64,000 nucleotides of DNA from Camelus dromedarius (Eukaryota). Numbering within the stretch: the stretch's first letter is position 1; each line of letters opens with the position of its first letter. Position numbers and translations under genes: made by a program. Location: contig NC_087436.1 in NCBI RefSeq assembly GCF_036321535.1, positions 57,538,001 through 57,602,000 of the forward strand, in the 5' to 3' direction. Below, one piece after another: positions 38,461 through 51,294 of the stretch. The notes beneath the pieces are model-generated. The model did no database searches. It was not told the origin of the DNA and saw only the letters and a program-made list of their open reading frames with translations.

Positions 38461-39992
38461 ACTAACTCTCCTAAAGGATGCAATTTCATGAATAATATCA
38501 TAAGATTGAAATCTACCAATTTAGATATGAAATCAAGCACATTTAAGCATTTGGCAGCCTCCCTACCCAAAGTTTATTAGAGTAAGTGTTTATTAGATGT
38601 TACTTCAGAGTAAGTGTTTTGGGTTCAGATAGCCATGGGTTTAAATGCCAGGTCTGCCACTCAACCTCTCTGGGCCCAATTTTTCTCTACTTTCTAAAAT
38701 GAAGATAATGTTCAGGACTAAACTTAAGAATATATATGATATGCCAGGCACAGGATATCTGCTAAATAATCAGTAATTATTATTATCACCAAAATGTATA
38801 ATTTATGGTAGGCCAGAATATTATAAACTATATTATATAAAAATCACTTCTTACATTTGGTTTTTACTTGTTTATTTTAAATGCTAATCCTACCTTAAGT
38901 TTTTACAAATTATTTTTCAAAGAGCACAGAAGAGTTTCACATCATCTCTTCCATTCATCCTGCAATATTTGAGAACAAGTATTGATTTTATGGATGAGGA
39001 AACGACAACAGAAATATTCTGTTCTCAAGGGTTACAAAGTGAATCACTGGGAGAGCTGGTCTTAGAACTGAAGTAATCTATATCTAATTCAGTGTGCTTT
39101 TCCCTGAAATGTGCCTAGCATTAGCATGAGAAATCGATTTCTATCTATAAAACAGCTAACAAACTATTACTAGCATTTGATGTAATTTAGAGGGTTATAA
39201 AAATAATAAACCAGGGCCTGGATATATAGAAGTCAGTAGATGAAAGTGCTAATGATAATTGCTGATGAATTTAAAAGGCAAGCTTATAGTTCTTATATTG
39301 GTTGTGTTTCTGTGGTTTGGCTCTTGTTACAGCTTCTATATAACTTGTCCTCCTGGCAATAAAACCATGTCTGTTTCAAGGTCACCCAACAGCCATGTGA
39401 GTTCAGATGCTGAGACTTGAGGATGCTACGCTGTCAGAAGTTTCCAGGCTCCCCATGTTCCAGGGACTACCTCCCCGCCCTCCCTCCCTCTCTTCCTCAC
39501 TCTCACTCCCTCGCTCCAGCTCACTCTTATTCCCAGTCCCTTTGATATTCTCACAAGCTGAAGGCACTGTCTACTGAGACATTAATACATTCCATTTTAT
39601 TGTCAACTGGCTGAAACTGAGTAAACAAATATTTTCAGCAATTTTATTTTCACTCACTCATGCTGACAACCTAGCTTATACCAGTAACTTGGATAATATT
39701 TTTTTCCTCTTGTTTCTTCAGGGCTTTGTGTGGCAATGTATTAATGCATAACAATCAGAGAGATGACTGAAAAATACTTCAGATGTTTACCAACTTTCTA
39801 AGGCTTTTTGCCTCTTTTAGCATCTCAGAAAACAATTATATTAAAAAAGTCAGTTTTTTAAACTGTTTTTATTAAGCTTGGCAATATAGTAGTTAGGTTT
39901 ATTTAATTTTCTTCTCTCCTTTGTCTCCCCTTGCATCAAAGGCTACAGATAAGACTTTGCCCCCCCCCAACTACCTGAGAGTTGAAAATATT

Positions 39993-40116
39993 TTGGTGGG
40001 GGGTAGGGAGAGGTACTTAGGTTTATTTATTTATTTTAATGGAGATACTGGGGATCGAACCCAGGACCTTGTGCATGCTAAGCATGTGCTCTACTACTGA
40101 GCTATACCCTCCTCCC
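39993..40116 (-). mobile_element. Camelid Vic-1-type SINE
   Basis: Reverse complement of the tRNA-Ala-like head; TSD TGAAAATATT/TGAAAATCTT (39983-39992, 40117-40126). Confidence 0.9.
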
Positions 40117-40968
40117 TGAAAATCTTATAATCACAGCTATATACCATCCAAATACAAAGTGTACTTTAGGAAATGTTGGTAGTAAAAGTAGTGTGGTTTT
40201 CACTTCATTAGGATAATATTCCTTCTTTTCAGTTTTCAGAAGTGACTTTGGGGAAAGAATAAAGTGAAAGTTAGGGACCCATTACGAGCAAACCACTTGA
40301 GTTTTGGCAAATGTCCAATATAAAGGCTTGAAGTAAATTGCAGAAATGGGTGTGCAACACCTCCAGAAGGTTGGCTTGTCATCTGAGTGATAGCATTGAG
40401 AACCTCTAAGTTTTTGTGGCCATGCAAGTGTGGTGTCAGAAAGCAAGATGGCTAAGACCACTGGTCCTAGGAAAGGAGCAGATGCTGGGAAGAGGATTTC
40501 AGCTATGCCAGGAGACTGGCTGGGACAGGAGAGTTGGGGAAGAACATAAGGTCCTTCTGCTTTCCCACTGCTTTGAATAAGATAGAGGCTTAGGAAGCCC
40601 TGAGCTCCTCCGCGTTCTGAGCATTCCAGCCAGGCAAACCTCCTCCTGGTGGGCAGTGCCTCCAACCCTCACACTTCTTTTAGCATCTTCCTCTGGGGAA
40701 AGTGAAGCCAAAGAAATCATTGCTTCCCCGATCTTACTGATTTCATGATCCCATCCCACCCATTCTCTGTTCCTTTCTTTTCTTTTTATTTCTGGTGGGA
40801 AAAGGTAGAAACAGTAGGAGTGAATTTTCTCATTCTGTTATACAGGTACATTGCAAATACTGGCAACTAAGCCTATATATTTTATCAACACCATCAGAAT
40901 GGTGACTATTTGTTGGAGTTATTGCTAGCTCCAGTAATTTCTTCCACATTTGCTCTGTCTTTCGGCAG

Positions 40969-41030
40969 ACTCCAAGAGAAGAATTACTTAAACAAAGGAG
41001 AAAAGGCTCTCTTGCTGAGGCTCAGTTATG
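40969..41030 (+). other. Exon-like segment 3
   Basis: Acceptor 'tgctctgtctttcggcag|', donor 'ATG|gtgagt'; 62 nt, purine-rich. Confidence 0.3.
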
Positions 41031-41064
41031 GTGAGTCATCAAAGTCTGAATCCAAGATGGTACA

Positions 41065-41330
41065 ATATTTCACTCAATATATATTTATTGAGTGCCACTG
41101 TGCATTATTCTAGAAACACAGCAATGAACATAACAGAGGGGACAGACAAGGTCCCTGAAGTCCCTGCCCCCATCTGGTGAGAGAAGACAGATAATCTGAA
41201 GTTACCATAAGAATAAGTTAACTTTCATAGTGGTAAGTGAACTGGAGGAAATTAAAGAAAGTTAAACGAGAGCTAGCGACTCAGGTTGGGCAGGGTGGAG
41301 GAAACATTTGAGCCTAAACAGCAAGCTGGA
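41065..41330 (-). mobile_element. L2 3' end
   Basis: 'tcactcaatatatatttattgagtgccactgtgc...acacagcaatgaaca'. Confidence 0.7.
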
Positions 41331-42959
41331 ATAAAATGGGAAGTATTCCACTGGCTCAGTTCAGGAAAATGTGATATTCCCAGGATGTTCAAATATGTCT
41401 GTTAAACTCTCCCCTGCCTACTGTATATAATGTTTTTGCAGTGAGAAGTCAGAATGATGGGGAGTCCCAAGTTAAGTATGATTTTAGTTATTTTATGATT
41501 CGGCATTACTGGTGTTTGAAAATGCACAATTAGTTTTGTTTTTTTTAAGTTGACATTTAGAAGCGCTGTCATTTGGTTTTTAAGACCAAGCATCACTCTG
41601 TATAGCAACTCCCAAACAGCATTACATGGAAACTTTCCTGACAGTGGCTTTAGAAAAATGAGAGCTATAGCTCATAAGGTTGCCCCAGCAAGACCAGGTG
41701 TAAATACCATGAAGGTCTGTAAATGACTATGGAGTGTTTGAGAAAATATCAAATACTCTTTGGCAAAGTTTTTTTTTTTTGATAAGGAGGAACCATGACA
41801 GAGGGAGACTTCTTAGTCTCCCATTGGGGTATTTTTTTTTTTTTTCTTTCCTGGAGAAATGGTAGCTACAATATGCATTTGAAGAGATAAAACCCCCAAG
41901 AGTCAGTTAACTCTCTCTTCATAAATACACGCTCATACCCTGAAAGCACTGGGTGTTCACAATTTAAGGGCTGTCTTACGGGGTGTTTTGCTGGGAATCA
42001 TTATAGTCATGTTGTTAACTTTTATAATTCTACAGCTCTCAAGAAAATTTTTGAATGCTTTGAACGAAAGGCACACTGACACTGTGGGATTTACTGTCTC
42101 CGTGTACTAAATGCCTTTTAGGGAAATGTCTCTGGGATTTCATTGTCTTCCTTCTGTCTTTTAAAATCAAATAGACTTCAATTTCACTAGGTTTCCTCCA
42201 TGGTGCCTCTCAATGACATTTCCTCGAGTTAGGTAAACACATCCCTTTTCCCTGTCGGGCCGTCATGTTCCTCTTCACTCGGGTTTTGGGAAATTTAAGT
42301 GATGTTAGGAACAGCATGTTTATACTCTGGATGTAATTGTAAATGCCAACAGAGAATTTTTAGTGATAAGAATGCTAATAAGTTTATGGCTCAGGGCCTC
42401 ACTTTCTTCACCAGCAAAATGCAGAAGTTGATATTTAATGAACCGAAAATTCTGCGGTTCAGTGAAAGACAAAGCGGTAAGTGACTTAGACAAACAGCAT
42501 TCATACAAGGAGCTGAAGACAGAGGGCGGCTGCTGCTGTTTGCTTAGGGTTTGCAGGAGACAGCTGTAGCTGGACATCTGCTGGACTGATTGGAGGCCTT
42601 GCATTTTCCACATGTAAATTATGAAGCCCTCTGGCCTGAGCCCCGAGCTTCCAGAATAAGCCTAAGGCTTTCTTTCTGGAAGGTAAAATTAATCCCTTAG
42701 ATCTCTTCCCTTCCCCACCATATTCCAGCTGTGATGTCTCATTTTTAACCCTGTTTTTCCAAAGGACCAAGTTCAGTCCTCCTTTAGGTCTTTCACACCT
42801 GTTTCTCTTTCTGCCTGGAGTGCTCCTTTCCCTCTCTTCTTATGCCCGGCTGTTTCTCACAGCATCCAATTAGCTTCTTTGTCCTTAGTTTTTAATTATG
42901 AGCCACTATTCAAACATTACCATATACTGAAAGAGTTTTCCTGACTTGAAAGTGACTAA

Positions 42960-44190
42960 AATGATCAAAAGAAAGAGCTATTTGAAAGAAACAAAATATG
43001 CAAGGAGAGAAAAATGTTAAAGGCAAATCAAAAAAACAACAAAGAAATGTCCTTATATTTTTAAAGAGTTAAAAGGCATTGCAGTAACAAAATATTGGAT
43101 TCCATAGAAAACACAACATTCAGAGAACAAAAAAGAACTATGGAAGTTAAAAAATATGATAGCAGAAATGAACAACAGGGGCTTGGGAAGTACAAAAGAT
43201 CTCCAAGAAAAAGAGATCTTCCACAGATTGATAAATAAGTAAATAAACAAGAATTAGTTCAGAAAGCCCCAAATATGAATACTACGAATTCTAGAAAGCA
43301 AATAAAAACAAAGAAAATGAAAGCAGAAGTCCATCAGAATAGTAATTCAAGAAAACTCTGAGAACTGAAGAATGTGAGTTTGCAGATGAAAAGGGTCTGC
43401 CAGGTGCCCAGCACAGAAGATGGAAAGGGATACACTGCAGTAAAATTTCAGAACACAGGGGATGACGAAGAGATACCACAAATTTCCAGAACAAAACAAG
43501 AGGCCAGACGTAAGAGATCGAGCCAGGTGCGTTTCAGATTTCTCAACAGCAGTACTGGAGGTCATGGGACAACACATTCAGAAGGAAAAGGGTTCTTCAA
43601 CCAACCTGCACATCAGGTATAAATGTGACAAAGACATTTTCAGACATGCAGGTCTCAATGTTTGATCTCCAATCTATTTTCCTAAGAAAATCCTGGATTC
43701 TGTATTTCATCAAAACGAGGGAGTAAACCAAGAAATAATATGAAATACAGGAAACAAGAGACCTAAGACAGGCTGAGGTCAAATAGAATAATGATGAAAA
43801 AAGTCGTGAAGACATATTTGACCATATTGGTAGAAACAAACAGAATACTGGACACATTTGAACATCTTGAAAAGAAACATACAATGGAGAAAAATTTGAG
43901 TTTGAATAAGTGCTAAGTACACAGAAATGAAACAAATGAAAAATTAAGGTAATTGTTGAAGTTCAGGGAAACAAGAGGTTGTACAAGAAAGAGAAAGTAA
44001 TCACAGTTTTGTTATATGGATCAGCTGTGAAAACAAATACACAATAAATTGATATCAATAGAATTATAATAGGAGTTTGGGTGGATGGGAAGGTCGTTCA
44101 TGTACAGCAGAGGCAGGAATGAAAAAGAAATTAAATGCTTTTTTTCTATAGTCATAAATCATAGTTAATGCCTAAACTAGAAATCTCAAA
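42960..44190 (+). mobile_element. HAL1-like (ORF1-only L1 derivative) fossil
   Basis: A-rich ORF1-like sequence ('aagaactatggaagttaaaaaatatgatagcagaaatgaa', 'agtttgcagatgaaaagggtctgccaggtgcccagcac') followed by a HAL1-like 3' region, with no ORF2. Confidence 0.6.
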
Positions 44191-44199
44191 ATTTATCTA

Positions 44200-45250
44200 T
44201 GATTTTTTTTTTACATAAAATGATTATTTTGGAGCAATTTGAGATTTCTAAGCAAACCACAAAGGTAGCAGCACAGCACTCCCCTGTGCCGCTCACCAAG
44301 GGTCCCTGACGTTAATGCCTTGTATTGCTACCGTGCCGCTGGTCAAAAGCAAGAACCCATCACTGGTATGTTACTATTAACTAAACCACAGATTTTGTTC
44401 AGATTTTATCAGTTTTTCCACTAACGTCTTTTATTTCTTTTTCTGTACCAAGACGCCATCCAGGGTCCTACACTGCATTTAGTCCTCAAGGCTTGTTAGT
44501 TTCCTCTGGACTGTGACAGTTTCTTTATCTTTCCTTGTTTTTCATGACCTTGACAGTTTTGAGGAGTGTTGATCAGGTACTTAAGAGCATGTACCTCAAT
44601 TTTGGTTTGTCAGATTTTTTTTCTCATTATTAGACTGGGGTCATGGGTTTTTGGAAAAAATACCATGGCAGTGGAATGCCGTTCTCATCACATGAAATCA
44701 GAGGTACATGATATCCACAGAGCCTCACTGATCACTTGGTCATGGCAGTATTTGTCAGATTTCTCCACTGTTTCTCCTGTTGTATACTCCTTTCTTTGGA
44801 AACCAGTCACTGAATCCAGCACTCACTCAGTCGAGAGTTGGGGAGGCTAATGCTGTAAGGAAGCAGCGCCTACACGTATTATTTAGAATTCTCCTGCGAG
44901 AAAAGTTTGTTTCTTCACCCCCATTTATTTCTTTATTCACTCATAGTTGTATCATTATGGATGCATATTTATTTTATACTTTGGGTTATAATCCAATACT
45001 TTGTTATTCATTTTGTTTCTTAAATTGTTCAAGTTTTGACAGTTGGAAGATGTTTCAGTTTGGCTTCTGTGTCCCTTTGACATACCCTGCTCCTTTTGTT
45101 TTTTTGAGCATTGCCTTATTTTCTGGCATAACAAAATGTTCCAGACTGGTCTTCACTTTTTACTGCCCTAGCCTTAAAATCAGTCATTTCTCAAGGGCTG
45201 TGGTTCTTTTTTACTGAAGAGCAGTATTTAGAAACTAGAATCTAGGTATA
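44200..45250 (-). mobile_element. L1MC/MD-like 3'UTR
   Basis: 'ttccttgtttttcatgaccttgacagttttgaggagt', 'tactttgggttataatccaatact', 'agtatttagaaactagaatctagg'. Confidence 0.8.
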
Positions 45251-47019
45251 TAATTTAAAAATAAATTAATAGATAATAACTTTACTAAAGAGAGCATATA
45301 GGTAATAAACTTGAAGTTTCTTAATTAACAAAAAATATTTATACAGTTTCATGTTGCAGAACTATTTTAAGACAGAAAAACTTTAAGTAACTTTACCTAA
45401 AAATTACTGATATATGAATATTTATTTAATAATTGTTATGAATATTAAATTGAGATAAAAGAAACATGTAATAACAGGAGAAAATAAATATATTCTGATA
45501 TGAACCAATGGTAAACAAGGGGCTAAATATTTAGTATTAAAAGATAATTTTTATGGGCTTATTTCCCACTGTTGGTCAATAAAGGATAAGGACATTTTTC
45601 TAATACAGACCATGAAACTAACGCAGAAACAAGATAGAATAATGACAGAAGGCATCAACTTTACTGATACATTTTTGCAATTTCAATTCAGTCAAATATA
45701 ATTTGTGAATGAAATCCTGATTTGCCTTTTAGCCAGTTTTATCTCAGGAACCAAGCGAATAATGAGAAAAGCTGTGATGCTGAATTTAATTCTGGAAATA
45801 TTAAAATAAAAATGAATTATACTTTCTTTTATCAATTCACAGAGAACTGAATCTGTGCCTTTCTTTAATGGTAAGTATCACTTTTCAGCATGCATCACAG
45901 GCATTTGTTTACATGACTTGTCTTACTACAAGGCAAAATTCCTTGAAAGTACAGTCTCTCAAAAACCTGCCCAATTCATGGCACATAACTGAACAAAATA
46001 AACACTAATAAAGGTAAATTAATAAATCAAGAGATTACTACTTGGTGAAGCTAGAAATCACAGGAGCTTTGGAAAATAAAGTGTTGCTATTTGTAAGTTC
46101 TTAATAAATATGAAAGGATGTTAGGATGAGTCATTCAAACACACTAGCTTTCAAGAGAGTAATTTAAAAAAACCCCAGAGAATATGTAAACATAATTCTG
46201 TGGCCAAGAATCAAAAAGAATTAAGACGTCAAAAATTAACGAAACATGTTCAATTACTTTGCCCTCACTTAAAATTATTCAGACATGATTTTTAGTGAGA
46301 ACAATTGTACAGTGAATATAGTAAAAACAGAATTCTTTTCAAATGTTGCTTATTTCACCTTTTAGACTATTTATATAATTATAAATAAGGGATTATAAAT
46401 ATATTAGGCAAACACACTCAATAATTTTTATTGCTAGACGCATATAATCAGCAAAATCTGTAGACCCCTACACATTGAATGACTTGCAGATGTGATCCAG
46501 AAAGTGCTGCTGGCAAACTCTGAGAAATCAGGGTGTGGTAGAACTGAAGGACTTTCAACAATGATGTTTGCAGAAAATTGGACAAGTGTTCTGCTTTCTC
46601 CCCAAAAGGGAAATGACTTTTTGAGTAATACTCAAGGGTTCATTTTTGAACGAATATTTCATTCCCAGCAGTGATTATAAGGAGCATCTTAGGTCCATTA
46701 AGAACAAGTCATGATACATTAGTATCATTTCCTTAGTGATAGGGCTAGTATACTTAAAGTCATGGAGAAAGTAGTAGTATTTGTGGTAAATAGTAATATA
46801 TAATATAAACGTATATAAATTTGACTGTGCTTTAAATTATTTTTGTTAATAAGAGAATAGTATATGTTGTATAATAAGATGGAATAGATTCTAAAATAAA
46901 TTTTGTACCAAAAAATATATTATTTCATGCATTTATATCAATCTCACATTCTTACAGGTCTGTATTCAAACCTATTCTCAAATTTAATTTTCTATTAATG
47001 GCTTTAATGAATACTTAGT

Positions 47020-47630
47020 AGGTATACTTCACAAATTTGCACATGACCTAAACCTGGAGAGAAGATAAAAACTAAGGGGCAATTTTAGAGGCATAAATCT
47101 GTATACTTTTTGCTTAGGAGGAACTGGCTGAACAAGCAGTCCTTTTAAAGGTGATCCAAGCATCTGAGGATGTACAACCCCAGCAGGTGTCACCTTTGTG
47201 GTGTGGCTTTAAAGGTAGAGCAATACAAGTGTAACTCAGACCAATGTACTGAAAGTACTGTGTTCAGCTTTGGGAGCAGTAATTTTGGAAAGGCATTGAC
47301 AAAACAGTTGATTCAGAGGAAATTAAATTTTTGGAAAAAAACATAGCATCTGAGAAACAATAAAGAGATTTTGATTTAGCAAGTAACAATTTAAAGGTGA
47401 TGTTAACTATCTGAAGGGTTTATGTTTGATTAGAGGGCAACCAGAAGCTGTGGATGGATGATACAGGGAGACAGATTTTGACATGGTGTCAGAAAGGCTT
47501 TCAATGATTGGACTGTTCACAAGTGAAATGAGTGAGCTTATGAGACTTGGATAAGAAATTTCTTCATATCATGGGAGGTTGTAATCACACTCTCTAGATC
47601 CTTTCTAGTTTTAATGTTCGTTGATTCTCT
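47020..47630 (+). mobile_element. CR1/L3 3' fragment
   Basis: 'aaatttgcacatgacctaaacctgg' (KFADDTKL-like RT motif), 'tgtgttcagctttggg' and tail 'cctttctagttttaatgttcgttgattct'. Confidence 0.6.
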
Positions 47631-49140
47631 ATTTTGTCAATAAATAGTTTTTAAAAGCTTCCTAAATCACATTTTATAGTTACTCTTCTACAAATCCTAA
47701 ATGAAAGTCAGGCCTAATCCTAGAAGCAAACATCCAAGAACTGTGATGTACTCAAGGTTTCTCACTGACAGTGGTCTCCATAATCTGACTTTCATTCACC
47801 ACAGTGTCTTTCAGCATTTATTCCTGGATCCTCTGTCCTATTCTTCTTGGTCAAGACGTTCTGTTTCACACAACCATCTGGGAATTATTGCTGGGCTGAT
47901 TTTAGACTGAAATGATATCTGATTGACTCAGGTACTTGAAAGTAAACTAGATAACCTGATAAATTATCCTACAATATTCTTGAGGCACAGAAGCTGCTTG
48001 GCAAAGTTCTCATTGAACATATTATAGCCATATATATATAATTTGGAGATACTCATTTAGTTACAAAACATACTGGTTAAAGAAAGATTAAGAAAATAAA
48101 TAGAATGACAATTTTACACAAAGTTAACATTCTCTACCAAATATCCCAAGTAATGGTTTCTTAAGTATGATAACTATTACTGAGTAATAACACAAGGGCT
48201 GGAAAAATAATAAATATTATAAATGTCACTTTCCCATAATTGTGTATTTTGAATTCTAAAATTGAATAATTTAGTATACTTAGAATGTTTTGCCCAAATA
48301 ATCTATTATTATATAAGAAGGAAATCATAGAGGCTATTTGCTTTTGACCAAGTCAATTTGTTTGATTATTTTTCAGGACATACACTTTTTGACCAAAATT
48401 TTTAATTTATTTAACAAATACTTATTGAGAATGTTCTATGTTTCAGACACTTTTCCAGGTTCTTGAGATACATCAGTGAACAAAAAGGACAAAAATCCTT
48501 GCTCTCATGAAGCTTACAGTTAGTGTAGGAAAATAGGTAATGGCTGATAAATTATGTAGGTAAATTATGTATTAGAAATTCACACAGCCTATGGTGAAAA
48601 AATCCATCAGGGAAGGAGCATAAATGCTAAAGTATGAGGGCTATTGAATTTAAAAATAGGGTGGACAGGGAAGGTCTCAGTGAGAAGGTGACAGGGAGCC
48701 AAGACTCAGAGATGGTGAAGGAATAAGCCAGGGAGCTCTCCGGGGGAAGAATAATTTAGGAAAAGGAAACGACTCATGAAAAGGTTTTGAAGTGGGGTGT
48801 ACTTGGCATGTTCAAGAAACAGCAAAGAGATCAGATGAGCCATTTATCAGAAAGATAACGTGATGAGAAGTCACAGGTCACGTTCCACTCTGCTGGCCAT
48901 TGTGAGGATTTAGGCTCCTGCCTGGAATAGGGTGCGGAGCTATTACAGTTCTGAACAGAAGGATAACAGGCATCTAGATTGCTATATTGAAAACAGAGTA
49001 TGGTAGAGTAAAGTAGAAGCAGGCAGACCCAGGTAGAGGGCTGTTACAGTAATCCAGGACAGAGAGGATGGTGATGTGGACTTGAGTAACAGCAGAGGAG
49101 GTGGTGAGAAGCTGATGTGTTCTTAAATAAAGAATCCAAT

Positions 49141-49660
49141 GTTCATAGCAGCACTATTTACAAAAGCCAAGACATGGAAACAACCTAAATGTCTATTGAC
49201 AGATGACTGGATAAAGAAATTGTGGTATATTTATACAATGGAATACTATTCAGCCATAGAAACGACAACATAACGCCATTTGCAGCAACATAGATGGACC
49301 TGGATAATGTTATTGTAAGTGAATTAAGTCAGAAAGAGAAAGAAAAATACCATATGAGATTGCTCATATGTGGAATCTAAAAACAAAAAAAAGAATATAA
49401 ATACAGAACAGAAACAGACTCATAGACATAGAATACAAACTTGAGGTTGCCAAGGGGAAAGGGGTGGGAAGGGACAGACTGGGAGTTCGAAATTTGTAGA
49501 TACTGATTGGCATATGTAGAATAGATAAACAAGATTATACTGCATAGCACAGGGAAATACATACAAGATCTTGTGGTAGCTCACAGCAAACTGAAAAATT
49601 GTGCTCTATACTGGAAATTGACACAACATTGTCAACTGACTATAACTCAATAAAAAAAGA

Positions 49661-49703
<43 letters not shown>
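49141..49703 (+). mobile_element. Young L1 3' end (subfamily A) with (AAAT)n tail
   Basis: Matches 24816-25362; (TAAA)n tail at 49661-49704. Confidence 0.9.
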
Positions 49704-50168
49704 AATAATGCCATTTGCAGCAACATGGATGGACCTGGAGAATGTAATTCTAAGTGAAGTAAGCCAGAAAGAGAAAGAAAAATACCATATGATATCACTT
49801 ATATGTGGAATCTAAAAAAAAAAAAAAAAAAAAAGACAAACAGACTTGTTCACAAAACAGAAACAGACTCACAGACATAGAAAACAAACTTATGGTTACT
49901 GGTGGGGGGAAAGGGGTGGGAAGGGATAAACTGGGAGATCTAGATTTGCAAATACTAACAAATATATACAAAATAGATAAACAACAAGTTTATTCTGTAT
50001 AGCACAGGGAACTATATTCAATATCTTGTAGTAACCTATGGTGAAAAAGAATATGAAAACAAATATATGCATGTTCTTATATTACTGAAGTATTGTGCTG
50101 TACACCAGAAACTGACACAACATTGTAAACTGATTGTACTATACTTCAATTAAAAAAATTAAAAAAAA
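49704..50168 (+). mobile_element. Young L1 3' end (subfamily B)
   Basis: Matches 27404-28570; A-tail followed by GAACCAAT. Confidence 0.9.
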
Positions 50169-51138
50169 AGAACCAATAGGATTTGTGAAAGGATCAGACA
50201 TAGGATATGTGAGAAAGAGAGAAGCTGAGAATGATTTCAAGGCTTTGGGACTAAGAAGTTTAGAAAAATGGATATGCCACTAACTGAGAAAGAAGAAATG
50301 AAAGGCAGAGCAACAGCTGAGTGACTCTCACAGCATACCTAACTAAAAAGATGTGCTCACTAGGACGGACAAACGCAAGAACCAGACAAAATACCATTCT
50401 AAGACCCTAGACACAGCTCTTAATTTTCAAACGGTATATTACCAAAAAACATACAAAATATTGTGCACAGTTCTAAGGAGTGCACGGTTGAAAGATGAGA
50501 TTTGAGTCATATATATTTTTGTGTATGATATGTGGAGCAATTGACAGCTAGATTGACAAATTTAATTAGATCCTCTAATATAGAAAAGGAATTTGTCTAA
50601 ATTTGCATATAATTACTTAATCCAAAGCCCCAAATGGAGAAATGGTAAGTAAGACTATCTCTGTTGGTGGAATTACGTAAGTGTGTGTATCCTTTATGTG
50701 TTAACATGGTAAAAAAGAACACTGATATTTTGAGCTGAAAACTGATAAAAGCTTCTTGCGCTTCACAACTCAAGTGCAAATTTCACTTGACTGTAATTCA
50801 TAAGTTTTCTGTAGGCTAAAAATTTTATGCGCAGAGTTAAATACACAAAAGTATTAAATGCAATACATTTCTGACAGTGATATAATTTGAAGCAGAAACT
50901 CTCCATCATATTTACATACTGCTGGGCAGATGTGGGCTCAAGCTTAACATAAAAGGTGATAATCAGTAAACAAAGGCATATTGTGGGTCTTATTGTCAGG
51001 GAAAGGGAAAGCAGTAATTAATGAGTATCTACTCTTTCCCGGGCAATCTCCCATGTTCTTTATTTAAAAATAAACTCTGTATTTTCATACTACACAGCTC
51101 TTAATTTTTTTAACAGGTAAAAAACTGAAGCTCAGGGG

Positions 51139-51294
51139 GAGAGGGTATAGCTCAAATGGTAGAGCGCATGCTTAGCATGCATGAGGTCCTGGGTTCAATC
51201 CTCAGTACCTCCTCTAAAAATGAACAAACCTAATTACCTCCCCCCTAAAAATAAAATAATTAAATAATACAGTAATAAATAAAAAAAAAAAACC
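51139..51294 (+). mobile_element. Camelid Vic-1-type SINE inserted in a MIR
   Basis: tRNA-Ala(AGC)-like head and A-rich tail; TSD CTGAAGCTCAGGGG (51125-51138, 51295-51308). Confidence 0.92.

Larger units (their letters stand above)
48408..50310 (-). mobile_element. L2 (host), interrupted by tandem L1 ends at 49141-50168
   Basis: 'tttaacaaatacttattgagaatgttctatgtttcagacac...' continues collinearly at 50170 ('gaaccaataggatttgtga'). Confidence 0.85.

Noticed and set aside
45843..45870. 28-nt micro-exon with a strong donor as continuation of the hypothetical ORF
   Set aside because: Gives an immediate stop (GAG AAC TGA) when joined to 41030, and has no independent support.
49661..49704. CRISPR-like or satellite array (also 57890-58075)
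   Set aside because: Simple L1 tail repeat and LTR-internal low-complexity tract; no repeat-spacer structure, and the genome is eukaryotic.
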